Below are positions 37,301 to 39,748 of a DNA stretch of 39,748 bases, piece by piece. The stretch is from a virus. The translations under genes were made by a program, and so were the position numbers. The stretch is from the IMG/VR virus record IMGVR_UViG_2881214049_000001, one strand, 5' to 3'. The notes beneath the pieces were generated by a model that was not told the DNA's origin, did not search any database, and saw nothing but the letters and a program-made list of their open reading frames with translations. How positions within the stretch are numbered: the stretch's first letter is position 1; every line of letters starts with the position of its first letter.

Positions 37301-39748
37301 CACCAATGCGTTCAAGTCATCAGCCAGCGCAGCTTTGGCCAAGGGGGCAACTTTTGCGCTTAACTGAGTGTCAATGAGCTGGGGAACGTTAACTGAGTCG
37401 ACATTAGCGGCAATGTTTTCTATTTGAGCCTGTGTCCAGCTGTTGCCTAGGTCAATACTCTCAATTGCCTGACTTATCTCAGTTCGATAGCTGGTCGTGA
37501 TCGATTGAGCCATTGCGAAGAGTGCATCTGCAACGGTTTGTTCTCCCAACGTACCAAGCTTGGCATTGAGGTGATTATCGACGATATCTGGTACGGTGAT
37601 AGTATCGACATTAGCGGCAATGCTTTCTATCTGTGCTTGTGTCCAATTACTACCTTGGTTGATATTGTCAATTGCCTGGACAATTGCCGCGGTATACGCT
37701 TCGGTTACTGAGTTCTCCAGTTGATATAGATCGTCAGCAATGGCCGCTTTGGCCAAGGGAGCGACTTTTAGGTTCAGCTGAGTATCAACGATATCTGGTA
37801 CGATAATATTGTCGACCGCTGCGGCAATCTCTTCGATCTGTCCTTGCGTCCAGCTACTACTTTGCCCTATGTCTTCAATGGCTTGGTTTATCTCGGCGCG
37901 ATAGCTAGTCGTGATAGACTGGGTCATGGCCGAAAGTGCGTCTGCAACGGTATTGTCGCCAAGAGCGCCTAATTTTACGCTGAGTTGATTATCAACAATG
38001 TCAGAGGTGATAGCAGTACTTACTGCCGCAGCAATATTTTCTATTTGCGATTGAGTCCAACTATCGCTAGGCTCTATCCCCTGAAGAGCTTGTGTGATTT
38101 CGGCTCTATAGGCTTCGGTGACAGAAGCTTGCAATGCGTTAAGGCTGTCTTCAATTGCTGTGATAGCAAGGGGTGCCACTTTCAAATTAAGCTGTGCATC
38201 AACAATATCTGGGACAGTAACCATGTCAATGTTAGCGGCAATCTCTTCTATCTGTGCCTGTGTCCAATTGTTACTTTGGCTGATATTATCAACCGCTTGC
38301 GTAATTGCCGCGGTGTACGCTTCGGTTACAGCGGTCTCCAGTTGATATAGATCGCTCGCAAGAGCCGCTTTAGCTAAAGGTGCGACTTTTAAACTCAGCT
38401 GAGTGTCAACAATGTCAGGTACGATAATGTTGTCGACGGCTGCAGCAATTTCTTCGATCTGTCCTTGTGTCCAGCTATTGCTTTGCCCAATACTCTCAAT
38501 GGCTTGGCTTATCTCGTTGCGGTAGTTAGTCGTGATAGACTGCGCCATGGCCGACAGCGCGTCAGCAACGGTATTGTCGCCGAGGGAGCCCAATTTGGTG
38601 CTCAATTGATTTGCAACAATATCCGGCACCGTGACGTTATCAACCGCCGCTGCGATTTCTTGAATTTGCGCTTCGCTCCAACCGCCACTTTGGTCAATGC
38701 CGGCGATGGCTTGGGCGATTTCTGTCTGGTAGGCGTCAGTGACACTGGCTTGCAAAGCATTGAGGTCATCGGCAAGGGCGGCTTTGGCCATTGGTGCAAC
38801 TTTTAAGTTCAATTGCGTGTCGACGATTTCTGGCACCGTGACGTTATCAACCGCTGCTGCTATTTCTTGAATTTGCGCTTCGCTCCAACCGCCACTTTGG
38901 TCAATGCCCGCGATGGCTTGGGCGATTTCTGTCTGGTAGGCGTCAGTGACACTGGCTTGCAAAGCATTGAGGTCATCGGCAAGGGCGGCTTTGGCCATTG
39001 GTGCAACTTTTAAGTTCAATTGCGTGTCGACGATTTCTGGCACCGTGACGTTATCAACCGCTGCTGCTATTTCTTGAATTTGCGCTTCGCTCCAACCGCC
39101 ACTTTGGTCAATGCCGGCGATGGCTTGGGCAATTTCTGTCTGGTAGGCGTCAGTGACACTGGCTTGCAAAGCATTGAGGTCATCGGCAAGGGCTGCTTTG
39201 GCCATTGGCGCGACTTTTAAAGTCAGTTGTGTGTCAACGATTTCTGGCACCGTGACGTTATCAACCGCCGCTGCTATTTCTTGAATTTGCGCTTCGCTCC
39301 AACCGCCACTTAGGTCAATGCCGGCAATGGCTTGGGCAATTTCTGTCTGATAGGCGTCAGTGACACTGGCTTGCAAAGCATTGAGGTCATCGGCAAGGGC
39401 AGCTTTGGCCATTGGCGCGACTTTTAAAGTCAGTTGTGTGTCGACGATTTCTGGCACCGTGACGTTATCAACCGCTGCTGCTATTTCTTGAATTTGTGCT
39501 TCGCTCCACCTGCCACTTTGGTCAATGCCGGCGATGGCTTGGGCAATTTCTGTCTGGTAGGCGTCAGTGACACTGGCTTGCAAAGCATTGAGGTCATCGG
39601 CAAGGGCAGCTTTGGCCATTGGCGCGACTTTTAAAGTCAGTTGTGTGTCGACGATTTCTGGCACCGTGACGTTATCAACCGCTGCTGCTATTTCTTGAAT
39701 TTGTGCTTCGCTCCACCTGCCACTTTGGTCAATGCCGGCGATGGCTTG
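34313..39748 (-). CDS. Giant acidic repeat protein (>1800 aa, 5'-truncated), at least 22 ~69-aa repeats
   Basis: The frame stays open past the GTG at 39664 to the window end. Each repeat has one W and a conserved Y. C-terminal WIVQHERN beta domain. Confidence 0.9.
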   Translation of the reverse strand, partial: QAIAGIDQSGRWSEAQIQEIAAAVDNVTVPEIVDTQLTLKVAPMAKAALADDLNALQASVTDAYQTEIAQAIAGIDQSGRWSEAQIQEIAAAVDNVTVPEIVDTQLTLKVAPMAKAALADDLNALQASVTDAYQTEIAQAIAGIDLSGGWSEAQIQEIAAAVDNVTVPEIVDTQLTLKVAPMAKAALADDLNALQASVTDAYQTEIAQAIAGIDQSGGWSEAQIQEIAAAVDNVTVPEIVDTQLNLKVAPMAKAALADDLNALQASVTDAYQTEIAQAIAGIDQSGGWSEAQIQEIAAAVDNVTVPEIVDTQLNLKVAPMAKAALADDLNALQASVTDAYQTEIAQAIAGIDQSGGWSEAQIQEIAAAVDNVTVPDIVANQLSTKLGSLGDNTVADALSAMAQSITTNYRNEISQAIESIGQSNSWTQGQIEEIAAAVDNIIVPDIVDTQLSLKVAPLAKAALASDLYQLETAVTEAYTAAITQAVDNISQSNNWTQAQIEEIAANIDMVTVPDIVDAQLNLKVAPLAITAIEDSLNALQASVTEAYRAEITQALQGIEPSDSWTQSQIENIAAAVSTAITSDIVDNQLSVKLGALGDNTVADALSAMTQSITTSYRAEINQAIEDIGQSSSWTQGQIEEIAAAVDNIIVPDIVDTQLNLKVAPLAKAAIADDLYQLENSVTEAYTAAIVQAIDNINQGSNWTQAQIESIAANVDTITVPDIVDNHLNAKLGTLGEQTVADALFAMAQSITTSYRTEISQAIESIDLGNSWTQAQIENIAANVDSVNVPQLIDTQLSAKVAPLAKAALADDLNALVASVTAAYQAEIIQAIDSIEQGNQWTQAQIEDIAANVDSITVPQLIDTQLSAKVAPLAKAALADDLNALVASVTAAYQAEITQAIDSIEQGNQWTQAQIEDIAANVDTVTVPDIVDAQLSLKVAPLAKVALADDLLALESAVTEAYNTAITQALDSISQGNSWNQEQIESIAAAVDAITVPSIVDNQLNAKLGELGDQTVADALFAMAQSITQTYRAEINQAIEGIDQINNWTQGQIEDIAANVDTITVPEIVDNHLNAKLGTLGEQTVADALSTMAQSLTTSYRTEINQAIESIDLGNSWTQTQIENIAANVDSINVPQIIDTQLSAKVAPLAKAALADDLSALVASVTAAYQAEITQAIDSIAQGNQWTQAQIESIAANVDTVTVPDIVDTQLALKVAPLAQAALVDDLNALQAAVTEAYKADIAQAIESMGQGIWNQAQIEEIAAAVDNITVPDIVATILAERLGDLGEQTVADTLSAISQSITQAYRTEINEAIEQIAQGAWSQAQIEEIAAAVDSVTVPDMLDAQLPARVAPLAQAAVENNLNALQTSITDAYRAEIAQAIENMGQGNQWTQAQIEDIAAAIDHIVVPGIVDTQLEEKLAPLAQAALVDDLSALQATVTEAYRAEIAQAIENIGQGIWNQAQIEEIAAAVDNVIVPGIVEDKLNEKLGTFGEQTVADALSNLAQSITETYRTELSQAIDSINLGNHWTQEQIQEIAATVDAITVPDMIDAQLNEDTLWPIIASKTAAQIDTHINGSVVPKIAQEVDKQLPDILSTVVQLEISNQLPLFVSGEVDKAFGAITSELPSLVEFKINEGLKDEGSIAAYFQDNVTALAQGIVQEYVDTTVSPFIERIVPEYALNEVQAALQEAVPDLVDSTVRTVVDTEVETLKSTFIPNLVTLKLTETVPQLVEDRMAQILTRVSLPKRLRFEFSQQSTQWIVQHERNTKDFSIEIFNSQGVRMFAHHEIIDDMSFVVSLTEALTGFIDVVFYS
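38620..39748. repeat. Near-identical 207-bp tandem repeats (at least 5 copies)
   Basis: Shadow ORFs recur at 38813, 39020 and 39434 (multiples of 207); units differ mostly at synonymous sites. Confidence 0.95.

Noticed and set aside
34548-39634. Plus-strand ORFs within the giant gene (and similar short antisense ORFs elsewhere)
   Set aside because: Shadows of the long coding frames; they recur with the 207-bp repeat and overlap well-supported genes.
34313-39748. Classical tape-measure protein or RTX/Ig adhesin
   Set aside because: The repeat period is 69 aa rather than about 11, with no TM region in view, no GGxGxD motifs and no beta-rich Ig pattern; a ruler role is still possible.

Overview
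About 40 kb of a large low-copy replicon (plasmid, megaplasmid/chromid or phage-plasmid), probably from a gammaproteobacterium (inferred from DnaA boxes, GATC-rich origin, ProQ/FinO and FicTA). The centre holds replication and maintenance functions: an IncA/C-like RepA (24087-25199) beside a ~1.3 kb origin with ~16 19-bp iterons, AGATCT-containing AT-rich DNA and DnaA boxes; a second primase-type Rep; a phage/giant-virus-type DNA methyltransferase with an altered catalytic motif; a Fic toxin-antitoxin pair; and a 108-bp-phased palindrome array (parS-like). Two minus-strand blocks of phage-virion-like genes flank it. Left (6.5-16.6 kb): ten probable paralogues in four subfamilies (three A-B pairs, three C genes with variable discoidin-like tips, one D). 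Right (27.3->39.7 kb): tail-fibre-like genes and a giant acidic protein built of at least 22 ~69-aa repeats of two types. No capsid, portal, terminase, sheath or tube gene is recognisable in the window. The palindrome TTGTACAA is strongly over-represented and marks many intergenic regions. All family assignments come from motif recognition by eye; no searches were run.
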